Of a DNA stretch of 64,000 bases, positions 37,961 through 51,385 are shown in pieces. The translations under genes and the position numbers were made by a program. The notes under the pieces were generated by a model. That model saw only the letters and a program-made list of their open reading frames with translations. It ran no database searches and was not told the origin of the DNA. Source of the DNA: Rhynchobatus australiae (taxonomy: Eukaryota); contig JAUZTB010000062.1 in assembly GCA_034780895.1 (NCBI GenBank), forward strand, positions 14,237,805 through 14,301,804, read 5' to 3'. Positions within the stretch are counted from its first letter, which is position 1. Each line of letters begins with the position of its first letter.

Positions 37961-40258
37961 CAAGGGTCCACATCAGGACCATTAACCAACACAGTGGTTT
38001 ATATCCACCAAGATATAGCAGCACTAAACACAAACAGAGGCCAATATGCTGCTCAAACTCAAAATCCAAATAGAACAACACTGGATCCACAAGGAAAAGA
38101 TGGCATCAGTTACTAAGAATAACCCAGTACACGCTACAGGGAATGTTACTAGCAGCACACTGCATGACACACACACACACGAAGTGAAATTGCCAAAATA
38201 TGTTCAAAAATATAATAAAAGCCCTGACAGTGCGAAACATTAAAAATTATACAATACTGATTGAAGACAAAGTCAAGTATGTACAAAGCAGGACATCTAT
38301 TCCTATTAAAATAGGACATTGCAGATTTGAGAAGTGGGTCAAGGTGCTTTTAATTTTGAATTCAAAGAGCACAAGCAGTTCCCAAATGTGCTTTTAAGGA
38401 AACACCAAATGAAATGCACTTGCATGAATGCAGCGAACAAAAATGTTCACATTACAGATTCTACCATTAATGTGCAATGACTCAGGCTGTAAAATTTACA
38501 TGCACACAAATACTGTTAAATAAATGAATGAACGAACTTCAAATTAAACTAGGACAATAAGCTCACAGGAAACATACTGAACAGGAAAATTAACAAAATT
38601 GCATGTGGGCATTCACCCAGCATCACTGAAGCTCAAGGAGAAAAAAAGATTGGAGTCAGAATCTGAAATGCACCCCCAGGTACACTTCTCTTCAGCTCAA
38701 ATATTTGTCAACATTCCTACCTTATCAATAGGTTAAAGAAATATGCAGACTTCTTTGAAGGACCAGAAATTTCATTAAAAGAAAAGCAATGAATTCACAT
38801 GATCTGGAAGCATTGTCCACAGAAGTGGTGGAGGAAGACTCATAAGTAACTATGAAGAAGGAGATTAAGTACTTGAAATGGCAGGGGAAGGGGGAAGTGC
38901 ATAGCTATTGGGGAAAAACAGCTCCCTTCCAGACTGCAGGTTTCCATGAACTACGTGGCTAAATCAATCAGCATGTTTCTAGAAGCTTAGGATAGATACA
39001 TCATCCATTTATCCAACAGTTCTGTGCTTCCACTTCAGAATCAATCAAATATGGTCTCCCTTTAAAAGATTTTTGAGCCAGAGCATCATAGCACAGAAAC
39101 AGGACCAGCAGCCCAACAAGACCATGCCAACCATCAAGAATTTTTAATTCCAAGTGGGGCTATACTCTTCATACCTGGGTCTTATCCCACAGTAATCCTT
39201 CAAGATGAGAAATCAATTACCAACTGAAACAGCAATCTTGCCAAGGAGGACACCCTTAGCAGGGAATTCAGGCCACCAGTGCAAAATTGTGCCAATTTTC
39301 AAGAAACAATTGTAACAGGGAAGTCGATCTGTTCATTTACGGGGAACCAGATAACTGATCTGACAAATATAATTATTGCATATACGCCTATGTTGGCTAC
39401 AGGCTGCATGGGCTCACTTAAGAAGGTACTGTAGATAACACCAAGCATCTGTGTGAAAGCAACAGCCTCAATTACAAAAACAGCACAAGGTGGGGGGCAG
39501 TCACTAGCAAATCTCCATTTAAACATCCGAAACAATTTCCCAGCTGCACAGGACTTCCCAAATCAACTGGTGTTAATAGACTACCCAAGTCCATTATACC
39601 AGAGAGCATAGATCAGTGTCAAATCTTCTCAATTTCAACTGGAAGAAAAGTATTTCTCTACAAAGGGGTTTTAACATTGTTCAAAGCATCAAAATCTCCA
39701 AATCTTTGTGTGGTCTGGGCAGTTTAAAAATTGTATCTAAGCTGACATTCAAGTCCTGGTTTTATTAGTTTATACTTTCAAAAGAGCCATGTTATCTTTG
39801 TCATATCTCAACAGTTTAAGTTTAAAAAAATAACCAGAAACAAGTGCCCTGTGATAATGATATTGATAAGTAAATTGTACTGTCCTCATTGCAAATCAAG
39901 CTACAATGAGTCTATTGTAGTCTTTATTCATTAATGTTAAATACGCAAATACTCAAGTGTCTATTAAAAAGCACTTATGGCCACAGGGCTGGCAGAGACA
40001 AGTGCAGCATGCACGGTGTGGGTTACCAAGACAGTGAAACAGCACAGCATATTAAGGAGCCATAGCCTTAGCTCCCACCCTCACATTCATTGTATGTCAC
40101 TGGGCATCAACTTCCCCACCCCTTTACTTTTTCTCCCCCAATTGAGACAACAGCAGAAATCATTCAAAGTCAAAATAATTAACAACTTAACCAATTAAGC
40201 AACTTTTAATAATGACCAGAGGGGTAGAATTTGTACAAACTTCCACTTGAAGTAACCG

Positions 40259-40468
40259 CAGGTCCTTCCCAATTTACAAGTGCCCGACTTATGTACAGCT
40301 GGTACATATGAACGAGCGTTTGGGAGACCGGCAGCATGGATTTGCCGACTGCTATGGGTCTGCTGGCATCTCTGCCTAGTGGGAACCCAGTTTGTGGACT
40401 CCTTTCCAACTTGTGAACTGTTCATGTTACGAACAGTTCTCAGGAACAGAACCTGGGAGAGGATCTAT
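40259..40468 (+). mobile_element. MITE copy 2
   Basis: Collinear with the reverse complement of 18019-18203 (CAGGT..CCCA, atggatttgcc, gaacagttc..agaacctggg.gagga). Confidence 0.7.
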
Positions 40469-41089
40469 GTACTCACATTAACACAAGTGACTTTTACCAC
40501 CTCAGGACTTGATCAAATGGAATAGAGTTGTACAACAGTCAGTAGTTTGTGGTGTAGAGAAATATGGCAGCCAAGTACCACAAAAGAAACAGATAAATTT
40601 GTTTTACTGATATCTATTGGTCAGAAAATATGGAACTGCCCCAGTTAATTATAAAAACTTTATATTTATATTATTAGAGCCAACTGCATTATGATGATAT
40701 GCACCAATTGGAGTTCCTGCAGCCTTGGGAAAAGGACCTACAAGCTGGACACTACAAAAATGTTAATATGTGAAGAAAGTAACTGGTAACACAACTCTAG
40801 CATTCAATTCTTCATCGTTAGGGTATATAAGTTTAACAACCTCTGCAACTTAAAACAATCTGATGGCATTCTTTTGAAGAAAAGCAAATGTGCTGACCAA
40901 TATTTAACCATCAACTGATATTACCAAAACAGATGATCTGTTTTGTTCTCACAGTGTGAGAGCTTCCTATATACAAATTTGACTGCCAAATCTTTTATTT
41001 TACATGTAAGCATTGCATTCCAAACGCTCTCTGCATGACATGAAGCTCTTTTCCTTCCTTGCTTTTCCGAATGGTTCCAACAAGGGCTT

Positions 41090-41240
41090 TCATCTCCACC
41101 CAATTGAGCAGATAGAGCCTTGGTTAAACACAACCAAACTGAATGGGTATTCAAGGGTCAGCTTTGATTATGGCCTCAAACCCTGGGCTGGGTCTTAAAC
41201 CACAATCTGCTGACTCATAGGCTTGGCTGAGCAACTGTAG
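41090..41240 (-). mobile_element. DeuSINE/SacSINE1-like 5' fragment
   Basis: Minus strand tgagtcagcagattgtggtttaagaccc...caaagctgacc...gtttaaccaaggctctatctgc resembles the tRNA-derived head of this family. Confidence 0.5.
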
Positions 41241-44200
41241 CTTTGCCTGAAGCTGATACTTTTAATGAAAAAATGGATGGCACACACCAGTGAAAACAGA
41301 CATTTATGGCTATTTTATTACAAAATGCAAACCTTCCAACCAAAGGGCCACTGCCTGCACCTAAATCTAAGTAAATACAGAAGTAAAACCACATGAGTTC
41401 AAATACCTTACAGCAATGGTAACACCTTAGCTCTTGCTGGTTTCACAGTCATCACAGCATGGAAAACAAAAGTCATTGAATCATTTTCAAATCAAGTATT
41501 TCCTCCAAGGATCAAGAAAAACAAGTTGTATTACGTAGTTATATTACATACAAAATGGTAGGCTAAAATATGAACACCCCAAACCTGCTCCACCATTCAG
41601 TAAGATCACGGCGGATCTACTTAACTCCACTATTCAGTATAGTTTAGTCTAAAAACCACGACAGGTATCACATGACTGAGTGTTACTTTCACTTGAAAAA
41701 AAGTGCACAAGAATCTCTGAGGTAAACGATTAAACTTTAACCAAAAGTCTGTGAAAAATAAAGAGTCACATTGCACCCAATAATGTTGATGAATGCCAGC
41801 ATCATGCATCACAGGAAGCCAATTTCCTGCAAGCCTAAAACCACTGCTTCATCAAGCCCTACACGAGTTCGCCCTTAAATTGAAGTCTTCCTTGACTGCT
41901 TCTTCGTCGTTCAAGCTTCTTCAAAACAAGCTCAATCCATATTAACAAATCTCATCATATTATCAAATAACAGAAAGGCACTTGCCTTCAAAAATCCAGA
42001 AGATTTGAAAGTAGACTTTGCAGTGGAGTAGATAAAGACAGCGATCGGGCAAGATGGATTCTGCAGTGGAGGCCCAAGAGTTTCCAATAGACTCTCTACA
42101 TAGATGAACACCATCACATTCCAAACACTGTGCAGTCTTTTACTGTAGATTGAGTGGGTGGGGTGTGGATGGCATTTGCCGAATTGTGCAATCTAGATGA
42201 ATCAGCAACTCCACCTAAATATTATATTTCCCATTTACTGTTCCATTGCCACACAAACATAACCTATTCTCTCCAACACACCTTGGATGTAGAGTCAAGT
42301 TCAAAGTACAAGGAGAATATTACAATGTTCCCTAATAAAATGATTGCCCTTTCTCCCACTTTGAGAAGGAAGAAAGCTATTCCTTGTGGCTCTAAATCCA
42401 AACACTAACTCAAACAGAAACAACTCAGAGGCATTTGCTCTGGGGTAATGTTATACCTCTCCACCCTGTTCTCAGTTGTGCTTGTGTGGCAATTGCCACA
42501 AATGATGTGGCACACTGGTATGTCAACATTGTTGACAGGAAAATATAAACATCATATTTTAGTGATACACTTCAATCTAATTCTGCTCAAACAACTTGAT
42601 GCAGCAAAAAAATTACAAAGGTATTGCAATCCACTACTAGTTACTTCAATATTATTACNNNNNNNNNNNNNNNNNNNNNNNNNNNNNNNNNNNNNNNNNN
42701 NNNNNNNNNNNNNNNNNNNNNNNNNNNNNNNNNNNNNNNNNNNNNNNNNNNNNNNNNNTCAATATTATTACATACTTTAAAATTCGGCCCCCCCCCCCCA
42801 AACATGAGGCTTTTCCAACATACTACATTTACTCATGATGTATCAATTACCAAATTTGATACCTGGCACAGCCAAGTTCCAACAGTGAAATTACTTGACT
42901 AGATCAGAACAAGTATTAAAATGACATCAACTTCAAAAAGTCCATCAAGTGATGCACTGGGCAGAAAACCACAGCCAAGTCTCACTGCAAGGGGAAAGTG
43001 ATGGTGATGGGAAAGGTGGGGGGGGGGGGGGNNNNNNNNNNCCCCCGGCAGGAACATGGGGGAGGGGATTTATCATTGGCATACAAATGTAAAAGAAACG
43101 TATTTCGGTTTACCTGAGTGATTAACTTTACAGGTTCCCAATTGATTTTTCAGAATTAAAATCTTTCACTAAACTTTTAATATGTCAAGTCAAAATTTTC
43201 CAATAGGTGAAATAAACACATTATAATTATCCTCTCTGGTGTAAGGGTATAGAAAGCATTAGATATGGACTCCACAAAATAATAAAAAGAAACCTAGGTT
43301 TTTTGGGGATCTCAAACACAGCATCTATATTTCAAATCCATGCAAGATCAGCAGTGCCAGCATTAAAAACTTGAAAAACAATAGGAATCAGGACATTTTG
43401 GGGGCAAAAAACTATTGGAATCCATTAGAAATATCCCACTAACCTCTCCGAACTCAATAAAAAAAGCATAACTGAAAGCAACGGAGACCTAACAATAGCA
43501 CATTTAGTTTCTGTAGCTCAACATGCAAAACCTCCAAACAGAAACTGCTATCTGTTGCTGTTCAGGAAGGAAGGAAGGACAGACAGAGGCAGTTATCAAC
43601 TGCACACATGCAAAATTTAAGCCTTGCTTTGTGAATATCAGTGTTTTCACAGCAAATTTACATATACCACTTACTGTACAAAAGCTTCAACCGATAGTTT
43701 CTAAGCTACAGGAAGCAAACAAAATGCCAAAATACACACGTTAGATATAAAAGGCTGGAAATACTCTGTCAATTGGCATATATGGATAGCATTAATGTAG
43801 GTTTCAGGTTAGATTCTCCAGTTCTAACAGAATCTAGATACAAGATGTTAACTCATTCCTCCTCTCCATAAACAACTGATGATCTTATGACTTTTTTCAT
43901 TAATTAAACTTTGGGAAAAAATTGTTTTGATTTTCACACTATCACATTTATGGATTTTAAAAAACCCACAAAAATGCACAAGCACTGCATACATGCCATC
44001 AATTCTTTATTCATTGGATACAGCATCTTTGTTTTGCAAACCTTCTCCAAACCAATAATCAAGGGCAAGACTAGATCTACAAAAGCAGATTTCATAATCC
44101 AGTTCATGGAATTTTTGTAAATTGTAAACATTTACACACCTTACATTTTACATTGATAAGCAGGACACAGTAAAACATCACCAAACTAGTTCATCTTCAA

Positions 44201-44407
44201 AGCTGCACATTCAGAATGTCCTGTTGTTTTATTTGAAGACTAAATGGAGTTGCAATGCTACATCCAGCCCAAATAAAGGTGATTGGATAATCTCCTTAAT
44301 GAAAGCTTGGTGATCATAATGCTGTAAATGGCAGAGATATTTTGCACATAAATTTACATGCAACTATCCTCCAAAGCATTTTCTGGGGAAAATAACCTGG
44401 CTTTTTA

Positions 44408-45950
44408 AGAACATAAGAAATAGAAGCAGCAGAGCACTATTCAGTGCCTCAAGCCTACTCCCACCATTCAGCATATCATGGTAGATTTCCTACCTTGACA
44501 CCATCTTCTTAGCAATCCCCATATACCTCCATTCTTCTAGTAGTCAGAAATCCAACAGTGTATGATTGAGGCTCCACAGAACTCTGGGATAGAGAATTCC
44601 AAAGATTTCCTCCTCTCCCCATCCTAGTCAAGAAATTTCTTCTCATCTTAGTCGTAAATGGCCTGCATGTTATAGAGTCTCTGACCCAGCTTCTCAGTAT
44701 CAGAATGAGGTTTGTTATCACTGACTAACATGACGTAAAATTTGTTGTTTTGCAACACCCTTTATCTCTGTCACAATAAACATCTTACCCATATGCATGC
44801 TATCTGGCCAAGAATTTTGTACATTTCAACCTGGTCCCCTCTCCAGCAGGAGAGAGAATTCCAGAGAACCTGCTCAATCTCTTCTCATTTGACAGACCTT
44901 CTCCAACCAATACATCTTTCTTTAGGCAAGGAGACAAAAATTGTAGAGCACTCCAGGTGTGATCTCTCTACAGCATTGTAGCAAGACACCTTTACCCACG
45001 CATGCAAATGCTCTTGCAATAAAGGGCAACATACCATTTGCTTTCCTAACTGTTTGCTGTATCTGCATGTTAACTTTCAATGACACCCAGATCCCCTTGG
45101 ACATCAGCATTTCACAATCTTGCCATTTAATAAACTCATCATTTGTTTTTTCCTTCCAAAGTGAATTCCTCATTTTTCCACATTGTACTCCATTTACCAA
45201 GTTGTTGCCTACTTGTTTAGCCTGTCTGTATTCCCTTAAAGAGTCATTGTATCCTCATCAGTACTAAAATTCTCAGTTTAATATCATCACACTTGTACAT
45301 GTTATATTCAATTGTGAATGGTTGGGATCTAAGCACCAATCCCTGCAATAGCCTGCCAACATGAGTAAGACTGTTTTCTACCTGTTAAACAACTCTCAAT
45401 TCATGCCAGATCATCATCCCCAATTCCATGTACTCTAAGCTTGTTCACCAATCTACTGTCTGGGGCCTTTATCAAAAGCCTTTCTAAATCCAAACCCACA
45501 TATCCATCTATTCCCTCATCATCAACTCTACTAAATGTATCCCCAAAGAACTCTAACAGATCAATCAAATAAGATTTCCCCTTCAAAACCCATGCTGGCT
45601 CAAATCAATTATATTATTTTCTAAGCATCTTAATGTCACATCCTTTATTACAGGTTCCAACATTTCCCCAACTATCTACATCAGGCTAACATGTCAGTAA
45701 TTCCCTGTCTATCTCACTTTCCAGTGAAGTTGCATTTACTAATGTCCAATCTGCAGGAACTGTTCCAGAATGTTGGATGATTTTAACCAGTGCATCCACC
45801 ATCTCTGACAAACTCTAGGATGTAGATCATTGATAAAACTGATAAATCCAGAGAATCCAATGTCATCAACTCCTCTAGTAGTTTTTCTACCAATATCAAT
45901 TTTTGCTTCCACGTTTGCACTAGATCCCCGATTCTCCAGTAATTCCAGGA
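44408..45950 (-). mobile_element. CR1 LINE (RT to 3' tail), degraded
   Basis: KGKSYLIDLLEFF..., QQTVRKANGMLPFIAR; tail gaacataagaaatagaagcag. Confidence 0.85.
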
Positions 45951-48439
45951 CTTTGTGCTTTTTGTGAAGACAGAAGGTGATTGTTTATTTCCTATGTCAC
46001 TTCCTTACTCCATTGTAATTTCCCACATTTGAACAGGAAACATTTCTGTAGTTATTATATCCTCCAGTCCCTTTACTGAGTGAAATTAGCAGCCTGTTTG
46101 CTTGGATTCAGATACCCAGACTCATTCCCAACTCATTGTGGTCAATGAATAACGAACATCTTAATCCTGCTCAGTTGCTACATCTGTGTTTACATAAAGG
46201 GTGACAATCAATTGGCTTTTATTGTATTTCAATTTCTCAAAGTCTTCATCTGAATATGGTCCTTGCCCACCTGGAGCAATGTTCAAATTTTGCATTCAAA
46301 ATCAGAGCCTAGTGCATTAACCAAATGGATTTTGAAGGAACAATGGAGGGTTGTAAAACTCTCACCAGGCCTAAAATGGAACTTCATCTACACATTGTTT
46401 ATATTCTCCCTTCTTTTCTGGTCAACAACTCAAAAGCTCAGAGTAACCAAGCCCATTGTCAAATAGCAGCCCACTGTATTGGGATACTACTACTACCCAA
46501 CCATGCAAGACTGTTAATTTCCTTCACTTCCTACCAACATCTGTCACAAGATCTTCCACCCCCCACCCCCCCAGTATAATTCTGAGTGGTGCTCCTGGGA
46601 ATTTTCCTTCCTCATCCATTTAAGTTATTCCTCCACTTTATCATCACACAGGCCTCTTCTCTAACCCAACTGTTCCAAGGACTGCAATAGTGGAACTTCG
46701 TGGTTGAAAAGTATCTGGACTTTAAAATGAATTGAAACTAGGTATTATTGGTTTGCCTCATTTTAAATTTGGTGCTGCCCTGCACAGGAGGTCTCAGCAT
46801 TTTCTTTTGCAATAAAAATCCACCTTAAACGAAGGGTGCAAAAAAAAAGTTTTACCATTCTGAATGGTACCTGTAGATCAACTTTTACTGAACTTTAGGA
46901 ATCCACTTTGAACTTTTTTTAAAATCATAGGTTATTTGAAATAGCAGGCATGTGATTCCAGGCTTTGTCTACTATTTATAATAGCATAACAGTTCTATAT
47001 TTAAAAATATAACAAAACACTGGAATTAATTTTAGTGTTAAATGTAACATTTTTGTTTTGCAAAATTGTAAGGAAGTGAGTAAATGCAAGATATCACCTT
47101 ATCCTACAGCCTCACTCAGATGAGATCCAGATATGCAGCCACTGTACTCATATGCACAATAGCATTACCAGAATTATAGTGCAGTATAGACAGACCAAGA
47201 TACAGGTGGACCAGAGGACCACGAATAATACCAAGAGGAACAAGCGCAGCAGGCTGTTGGGAGCACCATCACCTGCAGGTTGCTCTCCAAATCGAACAGC
47301 TGTCAGACTTAGTTCACCATTTACTCACAATGACTGGGTCTAAATCCTGTAACTCACCAACACCATCACCCGCATATCTTCATTCCAAGGACAGTGGTGA
47401 TGGCAGTTCTCCACCACATTCTCTATGGCTGGACAATAAAGGCCGGCCATGCAGTGACAGCCACACTCCAGAAAATGAATTTAAAAACACATGAAGAACA
47501 AATCTGGAACACATTGTCCTATGCTTCAAATTCAAAATGTAAAAGCCTAATTTGTGATAAAAAATAATTTCTGGTTAAAACTATGATAAAAGCTCTAAAA
47601 CAAAATGTAAATCTATACCAATTTCATATGCAACAGCCATAGCTAACATTAATTTTGTCAAAAAGCTTTTACAATTCCAATAATTTAGTGACACTTAANN
47701 NNNNNNNNNNNNNNNNNNNNNNNNNNNNNNNNNNNNNNNNNNNNNNNNNNNNNNNNNNNNNNNNNNNNNNNNNNNNNNNNNNNNNNNNNNNNNNNNNNCA
47801 GCATCTGCAGTTTTTCTTTTGGATTTTCATCTACTTTTAACTTTCCTACTCTGATTACAGGATGTAAATATCTGCTCCTTCTGTGTCATCATTACTGATG
47901 TGAGGCACGAATGCTGGCCTATTCCCTTACAATTACAGGGTATCTTGTGTCTTCTCCACAGTATCCTTTGCCCTGCATCAGGGAAGCAACACTATACAGG
48001 TCTCAGGGCGACGGTTATAGAAACACCTGTCCTCTTCCTACCTATTGGATCTTCTCTAACAAATCCACTTCCATGCTTTACTGATTCTCCACGTGCTGTC
48101 GCTTGTCTATTCGTGCCATGGGTTGGACTGCACCCCTTTGAAGTGTTGTCACTTCCTGCAGTCTACAACCGTGTGGAAAACAGTGCCATCAAATGGCACA
48201 CTCGCCAATAACTTGCTCACCGATGTCCACTTTGAATTTCCCAGGACCGCTTGGCTCTAGAACTCATCACAACCTGGGTGGTCCAAGCATGGACCAAAGA
48301 GTTACATTTCAGAAAGTAGGGAAGAGTGAATGCCTTTGACATCAAAGCATCATTTGATTGAGTGTGGCACTAAGGATCTTGGTAAAACTAAATCCGTCAA
48401 CATCAAGGGAAAAGCATTTCAGTGACTGGTGTCATACAT

Positions 48440-49170
48440 GAGAATGTAAGAAGTAAGAGCAGGAGTAGGCCATCCAGGCTCTGCCATTTATCAAGATTGT
48501 GCCTGATCTTCTACCTCAGCTCCACTTTCCAGCAGGTCCTCTGTTCCCTTATTGTTCAGGTCTGTCGATCTGTGTTTTGAATGAACATAATGACTGAGCC
48601 TTCATAGAAACCCAAGGTAGAGAAATACAAAGGTTCACCATCCTCTCAGTGAAGAAATTCTCCTCATTTTGGCCTTGAATGGCCTACCCTTTCTCTAAAA
48701 CAAAATGTGCTCACTGATCCCTGACCCCTCAGCCGAGGGAAGTATACTCCCTGTATCCAGCCCGTCAAACCTTTTAAGAAATGCATGCGTTTCGATGAGA
48801 TGTCCTCTCATTCTTCTCAAGTCTGAATAATACCGTCCCAGTCTACTCAATCTATCCTCAAGCCATTCCAGGAGCCAGTCTAGTCTATACTTGCTGCACT
48901 CCTTCTATGGCAAGTGCATCCTTTCATAAGTAAGAAGATCAAAATTGCACACAGTGCTTCAGATGTGGTCTCAGCAAGGGCTTGCTTTTCCTGTAATAAA
49001 ACCCTCTTGTAATTAAGGTTAACTTGTCATTGCCCTCCAAGTCGCTTGCTACACTTGCATATTGGCCTTCAGTGTCTTGCTTAGAAGCACACTTCGGTTA
49101 CTTTGAACATCAACACTAATCAATTCCTCACTACTTAATAAATCTGTTTTTCTCCCCTTTTCTAATCAGA
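48440..49170 (-). mobile_element. CR1 3' fragment
   Basis: taagagcaggagtaggccat tail and CR1 3' text. Confidence 0.75.
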
Positions 49171-50002
49171 TTTCCTCTACCCAACGTGCACAATGAGCAG
49201 ATGCTTGGGAAGTTTAACAAGGCTGTAATTCACCCAGTGAAAAGGATCATATCAAACTGATGAAGTGAAGCTCACGTAATTTACTAGAGTCAGCAAAGTC
49301 TGCAGATTGAATTACAGCAATTAACTCCCTCCCCATTAGGGTTAGATTTAAAGAAAAATATTAAGTATACTTTTATAGTTTCATATTAGAATCTTTTAAG
49401 ACTTCCCAAGACTACTCCCGTGAACTAATGGAACACGTGTTACACAACAAAAAGGCATCAGACAAGTTTAATAACTGCCATCACGTGGTATACCAGCAGC
49501 TAAAGAATCAAAAAGTTGGGAGAACCTTCTGTGAAAAGGCAACTTCAAAATTCACACAGAAGTGCAAAATCATAACGTGCAACAATTAAGAGAATTCATC
49601 ACACAGAAAACTTTCATTATTAAACTGGTACAAGCTTTTTCATGAATTTTAACAAAGCTTCCCCTTGATTAAATGAGAGTACCATGAAAACTTAACGAGG
49701 GTCATTTCTTGTATCTACCTGAAAGTGCATTTACACAAACAATTAAAATATAATCATCATCATCATCACACTTTGGCACTAAAAAATGTCAGGCTTGAGT
49801 CACAATAATAATTCAACTGGGTAGCGCACTAGGATCAGTTTTCTGAACCCATTACAGCAAGATTACCACGAGACTGAAAAGATATGTCACATTTCCCCAA
49901 ATGATGTCCACACTCACATTTTGTGCCAATGTCACAAGTCTGTGAACCATCCGTCTCACTGAATCCATTACTCAGTATATTGGTGTATATTCACTAATCA
50001 GA

Positions 50003-50632
50003 GCTGAGTCGGCAGGTTTATTCTGCACACATTCAAATCCCACATTGAGACTATTCCATTGATTAGTTTTGTACAGAAAAAAACTGGTGTATTTTTCCCC
50101 AAATGGTATTCTTTTCCTAAGAGATCTGCATATTCTCAAAAAACGTGAACTATTCCAAGCAGTTACTTCTTCCCAAATTACCTAATAAATAAAGAACCCA
50201 GTCAGATGCACATCAATTACCAGAATGATCATTTCCCCTTTTTATCCCGTATAGGACAGCAGTCTGCTGCCGGAGTCTGTACCCTGAGTCAGCAGCTCTC
50301 CTCTGAACGTTATATATTTTCAGAGGAGTGTTATCAGATTACACATTGTCTCTGCCCTACTCTCTCCATTGAAGATCAAGGATGGTAACTGGTTTCAGTG
50401 TGTGGGGAGATCTGGAGTCAGGCAGCAGCCTCTTGTTCAGTGTGTGTGTTCCAGAGTGAGTGAGCGAAGGCATGAAAGAGGGAAGGGAGGGGGGGGGGGG
50501 GTGAAGAGAGCAGTCTCTCAGAATGAAGCAGCCTCAATCCCTGCTCTGCCTCCATTGCAAAGCCCAGTGGCCAGGCTGCCTGACTCAGGCTGCTGTGACC
50601 CGCTGATGAGTCAGCAGCTCTCTCCCTCCCTC
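50003..50632. promoter_or_regulatory. ARE/MARE/AP-1 cluster
   Basis: GCTGAGTCGGCA 50003-50014, CTGAGTCAGCA 50284-50294, GCCTGACTCAGGC 50578-50590 and ATGAGTCAGCA 50616-50626. Confidence 0.65.
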
Positions 50633-50722
50633 CCTCCCACTCATTGCGTTTGCACACTCAGCAAAACACGGCGCCTTTTCTGCCCCCTTAATCCCACCAA
50701 ACCCCACCTTTCGCCTACTCAC

Positions 50723-51000
50723 CGACTCCTGAGAAGCTCCCCGACCCTTCGGCGTGGGTTTGAAGCGGACCTGAGCAGCCAAAGGGCCTGTTTTTCCCCC
50801 TTTTGCAATTGAAGGAATTTCCCCCCACTCGTTGTTTGCGCTTGTGCCGAGGCCAGACGTCAGATGATGTTTTGTCATGTGGCTTCATTCATGAAGCTCT
50901 ACGCAACGGGCAAACTTTTAAAGGCACAGGCACTGTACTCCCTCCGACAACCGCCTGCCGCCAACGCTGCACCTCCAAACCTTCGTCGCTGTGTGAACCT
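50723..51000 (-). promoter_or_regulatory. Candidate MAFG promoter and non-coding first exon
   Basis: Locally CpG-enriched. It has a strong donor CG|GTGAGT (intron starts at 50722) and a CRE-like TGACGTCT at 50855-50862, with an ARE cluster just downstream. Confidence 0.6.
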
Positions 51001-51139
51001 CCTGCCACTGGACCTTTCTCCTTTCAGTAACTTGGGGGGAGAGGGGGGCATAAGGAGAAGGACTGAAGGGGAGTTCAAGGGGTGATGTGGATCTGAATTT
51101 CACTGCTTCTAAGGGCAATAGAGATAGGGAGATTCATCC

Positions 51140-51385
51140 TAATTAAAAATAACCTTGATGAGAACATCATGGATACTAACCAACTACCTCGTCATGGCCC
51201 TTGCAACTTATTTGTCGACTTGCATTGCACTTTTTCTATTACTGCAACACTATATTTTGCATTCTGTTATTGTTTCCCCCCTTCGTACTACCTCGAGGTA
51301 CTTATATTTGGAATGATCTGTGTGATGAATGCCATTCATGCAAAACAAAGTTTTTTCACTGTTTCTCGGTACATGTGGCAAATGA
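51140..51385 (+). mobile_element. Rex1/Babar-like LINE 3' end
   Basis: Same 3' text as the element at 57.5 kb, in opposite orientation. Confidence 0.5.

Noticed and set aside
50369-51118. ORFs at the MAFG promoter (possible divergent gene)
   Set aside because: Low-complexity, GC-driven ORFs with no recognisable homology.
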